Of a DNA stretch of 64,000 bases, positions 20,572 through 31,744 are shown one piece after another (position 1 is the first letter of the stretch; every line of letters begins with the position of its first letter). The stretch covers positions 10-64,009 of the forward strand of contig JBQMXM010000004.1 in the NCBI GenBank assembly GCA_052174015.1, given 5' to 3'. The notes below the pieces were generated by a model, which did no database searches, was not told the DNA's origin, and was given only the letters and a program-made list of their open reading frames with translations. The stretch is from Clostridium sp. (GTDB taxonomy: Bacteria; Bacillota; Clostridia; TANB77; CAG-508). The translations under genes were made by a program, and so were the position numbers.

Positions 20572-21111
20572 TTAAAATATATTAATAATTCTAGGTATTA
20601 TCCTATTAACATTATTACAATATTCTATATATTCTTCACCAAATTTTTTAATTAACCATTTTTCTTCTGTTAGTTTAAGTAATATTGTTAAAAATATATA
20701 AAATACTATTGGTAATATATATAGTAACAAGTTATTTATAGTTATTAATATTCCTGTAAATATAAATAGGAATGCTGAATATATTGGATTTCTAACTATT
20801 CCATATACTCCTGTTGTAACTAATTTTCCATTAGTTATTTCTTTACTTACATTTTGAACTATAACTGCATAAATCCAAAAAATTATTCCTATTAAAATAG
20901 TAATTATTCCTAAACAAACTAAGATTTCTTTTAATATTGGTATAGTTATATATATACTTATATTTTTAAAAAACTCTACATATTTTACTAAATATATTCC
21001 AAATACTGTTAAACTTAAACAAATTATAACATATACTGGACCTATTCCAAACATTGGTAAAGTATCATTTTTGGATACTTTTTTTAACTCTTCTTTTAGT
21101 TCTTTTCCCAT
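20572..21111 (-). CDS. Isoprenylcysteine carboxyl methyltransferase/phospholipid methyltransferase-family membrane protein
   Basis: Multi-TM protein with the ICMT-family motif GVYGIVRNPIYSAF. Confidence 0.6.
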   Translation of the reverse strand: MGKELKEELKKVSKNDTLPMFGIGPVYVIICLSLTVFGIYLVKYVEFFKNISIYITIPILKEILVCLGIITILIGIIFWIYAVIVQNVSKEITNGKLVTTGVYGIVRNPIYSAFLFIFTGILITINNLLLYILPIVFYIFLTILLKLTEEKWLIKKFGEEYIEYCNNVNRIIPRIINIF

Positions 21112-23798
21112 TTTTTATCCTTTATTCTAACTATAAATTTAATTAATTCTACTAATATATTTGGTATGATTATTAATATTATTAATGGTAATATTAATGT
21201 TTTTGGTATTAATACTAGATTAAATATTCTTCTAAGTATTGGTATAAATATTACACTAAGCATTAATACTGTATTTAAAACTATACTTAATATTAGCAAC
21301 CTATTTTTGAACATCCCTCTATATATAAATGAGTTTGTGTTATCTCTTACATTAAATGTATGTAATAATTCGCAAAGTCCTAATGTCAAAAATGCCATTG
21401 TTTGTGCTGTTTGTACTTTTTCATTTTCATTTCCATACACAAGTCCTAATATGAATGATATATATGCTAATATTCCTATTAATACACCTTGATATATAAT
21501 TATTCTTGCAATTTTTTTATCAAATATCTTTTTACTCCTATTTGGTAATCTTTGCATAATACCTTGTTTTGCCTCATCTTCTGCAAGTGCAAGTGCAGGC
21601 AAGCTATCTGTTACTAAATTTATCCATAATATATGTATTGGTAATAATGGGATTAATACACTACTATTTATTGGTATATTTAATATTTTAATAATCATAT
21701 TTGTTGTTAATAGACAAATTAGTATCAATATTAATTCTCCAATATTTGATGATAATAAATATTGAATTGATTTTAATATATTATCAGAAATTCTTCTTCC
21801 TTCTTTTACTGCATTAACTATTGTTGCAAAGTTATCATCTGTAATAATTACATCTGCTGCTTCTTTAGATACATCTGTACCTGTAATTCCCATTGCACAA
21901 CCTATTTGTGCATTTTTTAGTGCTGGTGCATCATTTACTCCATCACCTGTCATTGCAACTACATTATCTAAGTTTTGTAATACTTTTACTATTCTAACCT
22001 TATGTTCTGGCGAAACTCTTGCAAATACTGCTATTGTATCAATTTCTTTTTCTAATTGTTCATCTGTCATTTGATTTAATTCACTACCTAGAATAACTCT
22101 ATATTTACCATATACAATTCCAAGTTCACGACCTATTGCATTTGCAGTTAATGCATGATCTCCTGTAATCATAATTGTTCTAATTCCTGCACTTTTACAC
22201 ACCTCTATTGCTTTTTTTGCTTCTTCTCTTGGTGGATCAATCATCCCAATTAAGCCCATAAATTCAAATTGATTATTATTTAATTTTTCTGATACTTTTT
22301 TATCAATTTCTAATTCTCTTGATATTATTTCAGCTTTTCCAAAAGCTAATACTCTTAATGAATTTTTAGCCATCTCTGTATTTGTATCTAATATATCTAT
22401 ATATTCTTTTTTAGATTTATCTAAAGTTGTTTTAGTTATTAATTCGTCTATTCCACCTTTTATATATGCAATATATTTTTTATCTTTATTATCTTTATCA
22501 TTTTTATCATTCTCATTTACATTTGTATTATCTTCAATTACAGTTACCATATATTTTTTGTCCGAATCAAATGGTATTTCATATATTCTTCTATTATTTA
22601 ATATTTCTAAATATTTTTCTTTTCCTAAACATTTTAACACATAATCCAATAATGCTATTTCTGTAGGGTCCCCTATTTTTTCGTTTTTCTTTTCTAATGA
22701 TATATTTGCATTATTACATAATATTAAGGAATTAAAGAAATCTTGTGTGTATTTTTGATCAATAAGTGCATGCCTTACAACAGTCATTTCATTTTTAGTT
22801 AATGTTCCTGTTTTATCAGAACAAATAACTGTTGCATTTCCTAATGATTCTACTGCATGCAATTTTTTAACAATTGCATTTTTCTTAACCATTTTTTGAA
22901 TTCCTAATGCTTGTACAATTGTTGCAATAGCTGGTAATCCTTCTGGTATTGCTGCAACTGCTAGTGATATACTAATTATTAACATATCAAAAATTGGAAT
23001 TCCTATCATTATACCTAATACAAAAATCATTATACAAATAATACCTGCAAATGTTGCTAAAGTTTTTCCTAAATGATTTAATTTTTGTTTAAGTGGTGTA
23101 ATTACTTCTCTACTGTCTTCAAGCATTGTTGCAATTTTTCCAACTTCTGTATCCATACCAATATTTACAACAATTGCTTTTGCTCTACCATATGTAACTA
23201 AACTTGATGAATATACCATATTTTTTCTGTCTGCAAGTTCTGTATCTTTGGAAAGCACCATATCTATTTTTTCTACAGGTACTGATTCTCCTGTTAGACT
23301 TGATTCTATAACTTTTAAATTAACCACTTCTAACAATCTCATATCTGCAGATATATAATCTCCATCAAATAATTCTACAATATCTCCACATACAAGATTA
23401 GATGAATCTATTTTTACCATCTTTCCATCTCTAAGTACATTTTGAGTATGTCCTACAAGTTTTTTTAATGCTTCTTGTGCTTTTTCTGCTCTTAATTCTT
23501 GAAACAATCCTATTAATGCATTTATAAATACAATTGCTAGAATTATATATGTATTTAATATAACTTTACCTTCAAATGTATCTATAATACCAGAAATTAT
23601 ACTTGCAACTATTAATATTAATACTGTTAAATCTTTAAATTGATTTAAAAATTTAACAATTACTTTTTCTTTTTTTGCAGTTACTAATATGTTTTTCCCA
23701 TATTTTTCTTGTCTTTTTTCTACCTCTTTACTACTTAATCCTAAAATACTACTATCTAATTTTTTAAATATTTGCTCTTTTTCTTCATCAAAATACAT
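21096..23798 (-). CDS. P-type cation-transporting ATPase (Ca2+/P2-type)
   Basis: CSDKTGTLT phosphorylation motif, TGDGVNDAPAL hinge and 10 TM segments. The ORF-track start at 23813 (MMRGNM) contains the GAGGT RBS, so the third ATG at 23798 (MYFDEE...) is the likelier start. Confidence 0.9.
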   Translation of the reverse strand: MYFDEEKEQIFKKLDSSILGLSSKEVEKRQEKYGKNILVTAKKEKVIVKFLNQFKDLTVLILIVASIISGIIDTFEGKVILNTYIILAIVFINALIGLFQELRAEKAQEALKKLVGHTQNVLRDGKMVKIDSSNLVCGDIVELFDGDYISADMRLLEVVNLKVIESSLTGESVPVEKIDMVLSKDTELADRKNMVYSSSLVTYGRAKAIVVNIGMDTEVGKIATMLEDSREVITPLKQKLNHLGKTLATFAGIICIMIFVLGIMIGIPIFDMLIISISLAVAAIPEGLPAIATIVQALGIQKMVKKNAIVKKLHAVESLGNATVICSDKTGTLTKNEMTVVRHALIDQKYTQDFFNSLILCNNANISLEKKNEKIGDPTEIALLDYVLKCLGKEKYLEILNNRRIYEIPFDSDKKYMVTVIEDNTNVNENDKNDKDNKDKKYIAYIKGGIDELITKTTLDKSKKEYIDILDTNTEMAKNSLRVLAFGKAEIISRELEIDKKVSEKLNNNQFEFMGLIGMIDPPREEAKKAIEVCKSAGIRTIMITGDHALTANAIGRELGIVYGKYRVILGSELNQMTDEQLEKEIDTIAVFARVSPEHKVRIVKVLQNLDNVVAMTGDGVNDAPALKNAQIGCAMGITGTDVSKEAADVIITDDNFATIVNAVKEGRRISDNILKSIQYLLSSNIGELILILICLLTTNMIIKILNIPINSSVLIPLLPIHILWINLVTDSLPALALAEDEAKQGIMQRLPNRSKKIFDKKIARIIIYQGVLIGILAYISFILGLVYGNENEKVQTAQTMAFLTLGLCELLHTFNVRDNTNSFIYRGMFKNRLLILSIVLNTVLMLSVIFIPILRRIFNLVLIPKTLILPLIILIIIPNILVELIKFIVRIKDKKWEKN

Positions 23799-23991
23799 AT
23801 TACCTCGCATCACATTAATAAATTATACATAAAATTATATAATTATTTATTCTAATTTACAACATAGATTACATTAAGGTTATAATTTAATTTTTAATGC
23901 AAATTATTACAAAAAAATACAATAAATATATAATAAATATACAAATAAATATTAAAACAATAGATTAAAATAATATATTAAAAATAAAAAA

Positions 23992-24012
23992 GCAAGCAAT
24001 AATATTGCTTGC
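23992..24012 (-). terminator. Rho-independent terminator of ORF 24048-24878
   Basis: GCAAGCAATAATATTGCTTGC hairpin plus T-run on the minus strand. The same hairpin sequence recurs at 25010-25033. Confidence 0.7.
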
Positions 24013-24047
24013 CTAATTAATTAAATATTTAATAATTCAAATAATTT

Positions 24048-24878
24048 TTAAGATTTATCTAGAATTTTTAAATTTAAAAACGCTATAATATTCTCTATTA
24101 AGCTTTTATCTAGTATATTAAATACATTATTTACTGAATATTTCTGTAAATATTTAATGTTATTCATGTTAATATACTTGATAGAATCTGAAGAAGTATT
24201 TTCAATATATTTTATATTTTCCTGTGCTTCTTGATATGTATTTAAACTCCAAATTTTACCTGAAACATCATTAAATATATATTTTAATTTTTTATACTTT
24301 TCTTCATCTTTAACAGACCATGAAACTAACTGTTTAGCACATTCTAAAGTTACTAATTCTTCTTGCAACATTGTTATTAATATATTACGTACATAATCAT
24401 TTTCATATTTCTTTTTTATTATATCAGTAAAAAATGAAATCTCTAAAATTTCTACTCCATTCCATTTAGACTTATTTTCATTATTAATGATTATTTCTGA
24501 ATCATATATATTTTTTTCTAAATCTCTTTTGAATTTTGTAAAATTCTCAGTATTTACAGTATAACCCAAACTCTTTTTTAAATATTCATAACGAATTATT
24601 AATCTTTTATCCATAAATTCCATATAACCTTCAGGTTTTTTAAAATAGAACCGATATAATATATTTAAAAAATGATTCTTTCTTTTCATTAATTTTCTAA
24701 AATATAAAGAAACATCTTTACTCCATTCTTCATCAAAATATTGATTAAATGTTTTGATGTTCTTTTCATAATTCTTTTCTGCATTTTTAGAAAATGAATA
24801 TATATCATCTTCATAATCAATCAATTCATATGCTAACATATATATAGCTAACTTCTCAGTCAAATTTTTCCCGTTCAT
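24048..24878 (-). CDS. Hypothetical protein, member A2 of the three-paralog cassette family
   Basis: ELIDYEDD...DEEWSKDVSLYFRKL and a second internal copy LVSWSVKDEEKYKKL. Parallel motifs in ORFs 17148 and 25060. Confidence 0.5.
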   Translation of the reverse strand: MNGKNLTEKLAIYMLAYELIDYEDDIYSFSKNAEKNYEKNIKTFNQYFDEEWSKDVSLYFRKLMKRKNHFLNILYRFYFKKPEGYMEFMDKRLIIRYEYLKKSLGYTVNTENFTKFKRDLEKNIYDSEIIINNENKSKWNGVEILEISFFTDIIKKKYENDYVRNILITMLQEELVTLECAKQLVSWSVKDEEKYKKLKYIFNDVSGKIWSLNTYQEAQENIKYIENTSSDSIKYINMNNIKYLQKYSVNNVFNILDKSLIENIIAFLNLKILDKS

Positions 24879-24909
24879 TTTTCCTCCTATCAGAAAACAA
24901 TATTAATTA

Positions 24910-24921
24910 GTATCCGCATAC
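24910..24921 (-). promoter_or_regulatory. 5'UTR hairpin with GCGG loop (shorter-stem variant of the 18181/25551 element)
   Basis: gtatccgcatac (RNA GUAU-GCGG-AUAC) about 30 nt upstream of the TAGGAGGA RBS of ORF 24048-24878. Confidence 0.4.
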
Positions 24922-24968
24922 CATTGTTTACTTTAATATATATTTATAGAAATTTTATTTATATAATT

Positions 24969-24997
24969 ACTATACTACTTTTCATATATTATGTCAA
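24969..24997 (-). promoter_or_regulatory. Sigma-A-type promoter of ORF 24048-24878
   Basis: Minus strand TTGACAtaatatatgaaaagtagTATAGT (17-nt spacer). Starts with the same TTGACATAATA as the other two family promoters. Confidence 0.55.
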
Positions 24998-25009
24998 TCT
25001 TTTAAAAAA

Positions 25010-25033
25010 GGCAAGCAATAATATTGCTTACCT
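25010..25033 (-). terminator. Rho-independent terminator of ORF 25060-25572
   Basis: GGCAAGCAATAATATTGCTTACC hairpin plus T-run on the minus strand. Confidence 0.7.
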
Positions 25034-25059
25034 TAACAAAAATAAAAGATAGTTTAGCT

Positions 25060-25572
25060 TTAATTTTCTCTCCTTATATTAGAAATAAATACAATATTTG
25101 TAATTATTATATTTTCTAATTTATCATCTGGATCAACTTTCATAATTAAGGCTCCATCAAAATTTGATTTTATTAAGAGTTTTTTTAGCTTTGGAATATA
25201 TTCTGCCTTTATAGTATATCCTAGTGTTTCTTCTATATACTTAGCAGGGAGTAATACACTTTTATTTTCAAACTCTAATTCTCCATTTGGTTTTTCTCCC
25301 AAAATGCTACAATTTATCTTTAATAAGTTCTTCTTTTCCTTCATTAATTCATTAAAATATTGATATTCATCTTTGTTCCAAGTTTTTTTAGAATATTCTC
25401 TAAATTTTTTAACTTTTTCTCTGTACCTTTTCTCTTCTTGTTGTGAAAAATTTCCCTTAATATCTTCATACATAATCAACTCTTCAGCTATAATATATAT
25501 AATTAAAGCTTGTTTTATCTGATTTATTTTCATAATTTTTCTCCAACTAACAATACTAAGTTGTGCCTCCAC
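25060..25572 (-). CDS. Hypothetical protein, member A3 of the three-paralog cassette family
   Basis: 170 aa; EELIMYED...KTWNKDEYQYFNELM...LGYTIKAEY aligns with ORFs 24048 and 17148. Confidence 0.5.
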   Translation of the reverse strand: MEAQLSIVSWRKIMKINQIKQALIIYIIAEELIMYEDIKGNFSQQEEKRYREKVKKFREYSKKTWNKDEYQYFNELMKEKKNLLKINCSILGEKPNGELEFENKSVLLPAKYIEETLGYTIKAEYIPKLKKLLIKSNFDGALIMKVDPDDKLENIIITNIVFISNIRREN

Positions 25573-25581
25573 AACCTAAGC
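25551..25581 (-). promoter_or_regulatory. Conserved 5'UTR hairpin element (GTTGTG-CCTC-CACAAC), copy 2
   Basis: caatactaagttgtgcctccacaacctaagc. Differs from copy 1 only in the loop and one flank base. Lies 20-50 nt upstream of the GGAGA RBS. Confidence 0.6.
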
Positions 25582-25612
25582 TAGCTTAACATCATATTAT
25601 ACTTTAATATAT

Positions 25613-25642
25613 ACTATTATATTAGTTTCAATATTATGTCAA
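25613..25642 (-). promoter_or_regulatory. Putative sigma-A-type promoter of ORF 25060-25572
   Basis: Minus strand TTGACAtaatattgaaactaaTATAAT (15-nt spacer; alternative -10 TAATAG at 17-18 nt). Confidence 0.45.
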
Positions 25643-25782
25643 CATAACATTTAAATGACAAAAAGATATAATGTAGAAAACACAAACAAAAAACAAAACT
25701 ATACCATTAGATAATATATTGTTTTATATTATTAATAGTATAGTTAATTATATTTATATATTTAAATAGTTATATATATTTT

Positions 25783-28700
25783 TTATTCATCATAGAAATT
25801 ATTTTTTTTCATCTTATATAATTGGTTCATTTCTATTTGCATTTTTTGTTGTTCTTCAGAATTTACTGTATTTAATATATATCCATAATCATCTAAATTA
25901 AAGAATGGTTTTCTTTCTTGATTATAGTATGCATCTATTGTTCTTGAAAATTCTTCTGTCTGTGTATAATTTTGTGGTTGTAATTGTGGCTTTATATTAT
26001 TTTGTTTAGGATAGTTTTGATATTGTTCTGACATATTTGATATTAATTGTTGTACACTATTTGAATTTTGAAGATTATCTATATTTTGTTGCATATTTGT
26101 ACTTATTTCTTCTAAATTAATATTTGGTACACTTTTTTGTCTATAATATTTTTCTAAATCGTCTTCTTCCTCTTCTAATTTTTTCCTATATTTTTCTTCT
26201 TGTTCTTGTCTAATTTGCATTTCTTGTAATAGTTGTCTTTTAAGCTCATTTTCTTTTTGTAATGCAATTTTTTTAGCTTCTTGTTCTATTCTTTTAGCTA
26301 TCTCTTGTTCTTGCCTAATTTTATCAATCTCTATTTGTGCTATTCTTTCTGCTTCTGCTTTGATTTTTAAATTAATAGCTTCTTGTTCTTCTTGTTTTTT
26401 TCTTGCTTCAGCTTCTAATTTTTGTCTTAGTAATTCTTCTTGTTCCTTTTGTTTTAATCTTTCTTCTTCTAACTTTTGTCTTAACTTTTCTTCTTCTTCA
26501 AGTCTTTTTGCTTCTTCATTAGCTATTTTAATTCTTAATTCTTCTTCTTTTGCAATTCTTAATTTTTCAAGTTCTGCATTTTTTCTTCTTAATTCTTCTA
26601 ATTCTTTTTCTTGTCTTCTTTGCCTAATTTTAGAAAGTTTTTCTTCTTCTTCTCTTTTCTTTCTTAATTCTTCATCTATTTTTCTTCTATGAATTGTTTC
26701 TGTATATTCTTTTAATGAATTACTTAAATTATCTAAATCAAATTCAAAATTTTGTTCTTCTTGTTCTTTTACATTATCTAAAATATTATTAAACTTGTTT
26801 ATTTTATTTATTTTCTTTTCTTCTTGTATTTGCTTTTCTTTTAATTCTTCTACTAATACTTTTATTTTTTCTTGTTCTACTTCTTCGGTTTCTTCTGTTT
26901 CTTCTATTTCTAAAGCTTCTTCTTTAATTTCTATATTATCTTCATTAATGTCTTTTATTTTTGTATTTTCTGGATTTTCTATATTATCTACATTTTCTAT
27001 ACTTAAACCATATATATTATTTAGATTATCTGAATCATTTTTATTATCTGCTTCTGATACTTCTTCGTCTATATTATCATCACTAAGCCCTAGTTCTTCT
27101 AAATCTTTTTTGTATTCTTCATCTTTGTATTCATATTTTGGTTCTACTACTTCATTTTGTAATTCTTGATTTTTTTCTTCTATTTTTTCTTTTGGTTCTA
27201 TTTCTTCTGTTTCTATTATTATTTTATGCTTATATTTTTCATTTACTTCTATCTCTTTTTCTTGTCTAATTACACTTCTACATACTTTTTCTGCTTCTTC
27301 TTCTGATACTTTTTTGTTTCCAAGTATTGATAATACTTGTATATATATGTAGTCTTTTTTATCTAATGTTTGTAAGTCTTTTTCTAATGATGTATTATAT
27401 AGTATTTTTTTAAGATTTTCTTTTATCTTAATTAAACTATAATTATAGTCTGCTTTTATATATATTAATTCTTTTTTTACTATACCATATTCTAAAATTT
27501 CTTCTAATATATTGTTATATATTTCTTTTGTTTCATCATCAAAAATCCCATATTCTTTTTCTAAATATTTTGAATATTCACTACTTATAATTACTTGTGC
27601 TAAATATTCTTTAGGTACTTTTGACATATCACTTTCATTTGTATTATATTTTTCAAAAAACTTATCTTGTGTTAATTTTAATATTTGTACTGTAATTTCT
27701 TCATTATTGTATTTTAAGAATTTTAATCTTTTTTCTAATGTTTCTGGACTAAGTCCAAGTACTGATATATTTTGAATTACAGAGTCTAACATATCATATT
27801 CTATTAGTAAATCTAAGTTTGTCTGTATATTTGAAACAGGCTTTATAAATAGAGACAATGAATTTTTAAGTTCATTTATTAACCCTACACTTTCAAGAAA
27901 TGTATAAATTTGTTCCATATTATCTGCTTTTCCTTTAGCAAATATTATACCTGGTATTTCTACTTCTGGATTATCTAATAGATTTTTGCTCTTTAAAAAT
28001 TCTTTTACTTCATCTATTGATTCTACATTTCCTGTTGTTAATATTGTACTACTTTTTTCTAATATTTCTTTACCAATTCCATTATCTTGTTGTTCTTCTT
28101 TTTCTAATTTGTCTAAAATTTGTGTGATATTTTCTGGATTTCCTTTAATTAGTATAAATGCATTATTTAATATATTTCTTGATAATCCTCTATCATCTAT
28201 TTCTTGTACTATTTCTTCTATATTTTTAGCATTTCCATTTAAATATACATTAACATTTTCTAATATTTCTTTATTTAAACCATATTTTACAAATACTGTT
28301 TGAATTTTTAATATATTATTAGGTTCTTGTATTGTTAGTATTTGTGGATTTCTTTCTATATAATTACTATCTTCTATTTTTTCAAATATATCTATTACAT
28401 TAATCACATTATTTGGTGTATTTTTTAATACATATTGTGGATATTTATATATATATTCTTTATCTATTTTTTCTTTTTCTACAGCTTCTATATATTCAAT
28501 GATTGTATTTAAATCTATACTAATTACTAATTTAAAATTATCTTCTAATACGTTTTTGAATATATCTTCAAATTCTTCTAAGTATCTTATTTTTTTGATT
28601 AATTTACTTAATTCTATTGTATCATACATTAATACTTCTGAATTTTTTGATATTTCTTCTTTTGATATATTTAATTGTTTTAATATTGCAATTATATTTT

Positions 28701-29463
28701 CTATATCTTTTGTCTCATTTTCATATACTATTTCAGGGCTTTTTTGTAATATATTTTTTTCTATACCATTTCTATCAAACATATTTAATATTGCTTGCAC
28801 CCTTATTTTTGTAGTATATGCAAGTATTTGTGGATTTTTCTTAATAATTTGTAATCCTAGTTTTTCTTTTGGATTAGTATATAGTAATAATAATTCTTTT
28901 ACTACATTTGCTGTATTTAAATAGAATACTTTTGGACATTTTTTAAGTATCACTTTTTCAATCTCGTATTCTTCTAATACTTTAAATATTTTAGAGATTT
29001 CTGTTGCATCTCCATATGCTAAAATATCCCCATTATTTTTAAAATATTCTAATCCTAATCCTTTTTCTTTAAAAATTTTTAGTATTTTTAATATATTTTC
29101 ATCTTTCCCAACACCTATTACTTCTGGAAATTTTTCTAATATCTGTAATGTTATATCTTTGTTTTTAACTAATGCAGATATTTTTTGTATCCTTACCCTA
29201 TTTGTTCTTTCAAAAATTTCAGGATTTTTTTCTAATAATGATATTGGTAATTCTGATTCTTTAAATTGCTCTATTACATTTTTAACTTTACTAGACTTTA
29301 TATTTAATACTTGTGGATAATTACTAATTAAACTAATTGTTAGCTTTTTTTGTTTAATTATTTCAATTATATCTAAAGCATTTTGTCTATCTTCTAATTC
29401 AATCCCTAACTTTATAATTATTTTATCTAATATATTTTCATATTGATTGACTTTTTTAGTCAT
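25783..29463 (-). CDS. Giant cytoplasmic repeat protein: about 15 mTERF-like Pro-containing helical repeats, E/R/K-rich predicted single helix, Q/N-rich C-terminus
   Basis: No signal peptide. About 33-aa repeats with a conserved Pro (…KNPQILAYTTKIRVQAILNMF…, …KFPEVIGVGKDENILKILKIF…). About 160 aa of EEEKLRQKLEEERLKQKEQEELLRQKLEAEARKK-type sequence, then NLQNSNSVQQ...QLQPQNYTQ. Antisense plus-strand ORFs here are low-complexity artefacts. Confidence 0.6.
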   Translation of the reverse strand: MTKKVNQYENILDKIIIKLGIELEDRQNALDIIEIIKQKKLTISLISNYPQVLNIKSSKVKNVIEQFKESELPISLLEKNPEIFERTNRVRIQKISALVKNKDITLQILEKFPEVIGVGKDENILKILKIFKEKGLGLEYFKNNGDILAYGDATEISKIFKVLEEYEIEKVILKKCPKVFYLNTANVVKELLLLYTNPKEKLGLQIIKKNPQILAYTTKIRVQAILNMFDRNGIEKNILQKSPEIVYENETKDIENIIAILKQLNISKEEISKNSEVLMYDTIELSKLIKKIRYLEEFEDIFKNVLEDNFKLVISIDLNTIIEYIEAVEKEKIDKEYIYKYPQYVLKNTPNNVINVIDIFEKIEDSNYIERNPQILTIQEPNNILKIQTVFVKYGLNKEILENVNVYLNGNAKNIEEIVQEIDDRGLSRNILNNAFILIKGNPENITQILDKLEKEEQQDNGIGKEILEKSSTILTTGNVESIDEVKEFLKSKNLLDNPEVEIPGIIFAKGKADNMEQIYTFLESVGLINELKNSLSLFIKPVSNIQTNLDLLIEYDMLDSVIQNISVLGLSPETLEKRLKFLKYNNEEITVQILKLTQDKFFEKYNTNESDMSKVPKEYLAQVIISSEYSKYLEKEYGIFDDETKEIYNNILEEILEYGIVKKELIYIKADYNYSLIKIKENLKKILYNTSLEKDLQTLDKKDYIYIQVLSILGNKKVSEEEAEKVCRSVIRQEKEIEVNEKYKHKIIIETEEIEPKEKIEEKNQELQNEVVEPKYEYKDEEYKKDLEELGLSDDNIDEEVSEADNKNDSDNLNNIYGLSIENVDNIENPENTKIKDINEDNIEIKEEALEIEETEETEEVEQEKIKVLVEELKEKQIQEEKKINKINKFNNILDNVKEQEEQNFEFDLDNLSNSLKEYTETIHRRKIDEELRKKREEEEKLSKIRQRRQEKELEELRRKNAELEKLRIAKEEELRIKIANEEAKRLEEEEKLRQKLEEERLKQKEQEELLRQKLEAEARKKQEEQEAINLKIKAEAERIAQIEIDKIRQEQEIAKRIEQEAKKIALQKENELKRQLLQEMQIRQEQEEKYRKKLEEEEDDLEKYYRQKSVPNINLEEISTNMQQNIDNLQNSNSVQQLISNMSEQYQNYPKQNNIKPQLQPQNYTQTEEFSRTIDAYYNQERKPFFNLDDYGYILNTVNSEEQQKMQIEMNQLYKMKKNNFYDE

Positions 29464-29580
29464 ATTTATTCTCCCTAATATCTAATAATTTATATACCTG
29501 ATTAATTTTCTTTTGTATTTTGTATTTTTTGTACTTTGTATACTTTTTAAATTTTAGTTTTTATCTTTTATATTTTATCT

Positions 29581-30234
29581 TTAGTCTTCATATGTTATTT
29601 TAGTATATGCACCTACTACTTTACCTAATATATTAGTAGTATCTTCTCCTCTTGTATATGTTGCAACTCTAATTTGATTTGTTGCACGACTATATTTTGC
29701 AACTATATCTAAATGTATATATCTTTGTTCTACATCAAATACTACAATTGAATCTTTTAAGATTCCCTGTTTCTTATATAGATTATTGGTAGATATAAAT
29801 GCGTATAAATTATCTTGTTTGCTGTATTCTATTGGTACTGAAATATATTGTTCAAAATTTCTTTCATGATAGATGTTTTCTTTAAATTGTATTTTACCTA
29901 ATAATGGTATTTTAGCAACAAGTACTGTAAGCACCCTATATTTTCTTGCTTCTTCTAATCTTTTTTGCTTTCGTGCCTCATCATCTTCTCTTATTATCTC
30001 ATACTTATTACTTGCATTTGGTCTTTCTATTTTTCTTAAAAATCCTTTTTGCTCTAATTTCTTAAACAGCCCTGCAATTGTTCCAAGTGCTCCAATATCT
30101 GTTCTTCTTACAATTTCTCTTACAGATGGCATATATCCTGTTTTTGTAAATTCTAATTTCAAAAATTTTAAAAGTTTTTTTTCTTTTTCTGATAATTCTT
30201 CTTCATATATTGGTTTATCACCATTTCTTTTCAT
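29581..30234 (-). CDS. LexA-like repressor homolog (winged-helix N-domain; S24-like C-domain without obvious Ser/Lys dyad)
   Basis: TGYMPSVREI...KGFL matches the LexA DNA-binding domain (B. subtilis KGYPPSVREI). IPLLGKI and C-terminal ILGKVVGAY match LexA. At the expected GDSM position the sequence reads ISTNNLY, and the expected Lys aligns to Arg (alignment by eye). Confidence 0.55.
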   Translation of the reverse strand: MKRNGDKPIYEEELSEKEKKLLKFLKLEFTKTGYMPSVREIVRRTDIGALGTIAGLFKKLEQKGFLRKIERPNASNKYEIIREDDEARKQKRLEEARKYRVLTVLVAKIPLLGKIQFKENIYHERNFEQYISVPIEYSKQDNLYAFISTNNLYKKQGILKDSIVVFDVEQRYIHLDIVAKYSRATNQIRVATYTRGEDTTNILGKVVGAYTKITYED

Positions 30235-30248
30235 TTACTACTCCTAAA

Positions 30249-31553
<1,305 letters not shown>

Positions 31554-31657
31554 TTACTAATTTAATATTAACATATAATATATTTAAAGTAAATATATCA
31601 CAGTATATATTAGCTATATATATTTATAAAACACTAACATATTTAACAAAAATATAT

Positions 31658-31702
31658 AAAAACTATTATTTGCTAATTCTACTTAACATAATAATAGTTT
31701 TT
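31658..31702 (-). terminator. Hairpin terminator downstream of GlyRS copy 1 (part of a conserved 75-80-nt element)
   Basis: AAAAACTATTAT...ATAATAGTTTTT stem with the loop ACTTAACATAAT. About 85% identical to the element at 33372-33452. Confidence 0.55.
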
Positions 31703-31744
31703 ATCTTCTTATATATTACTTATTTTATTTTAAATTATTTTAAA

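Noticed and set aside
23798-23813. ORF-track start MMRGNM of the P-type ATPase
   Set aside because: The codons GCGAGGTAAT within it form the Shine-Dalgarno sequence for the following ATG (MYFDEE…), so the upstream ATGs are unlikely initiation sites.
23814-24047. Search for tRNA/rRNA/CRISPR in this and other longer intergenic regions (4124-4248, 4525-4652, 16976-17147, 63901-64000)
   Set aside because: All are >80% A+T with no GC-rich stems, acceptor-arm-like pairing or regularly spaced direct repeats.
26360-28924. Several 65-141-aa plus-strand ORFs inside the giant repeat gene
   Set aside because: These are serine/phenylalanine/leucine-rich artefacts antisense to E/K/L-rich coding sequence. 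There are no RBSs and no independent support.
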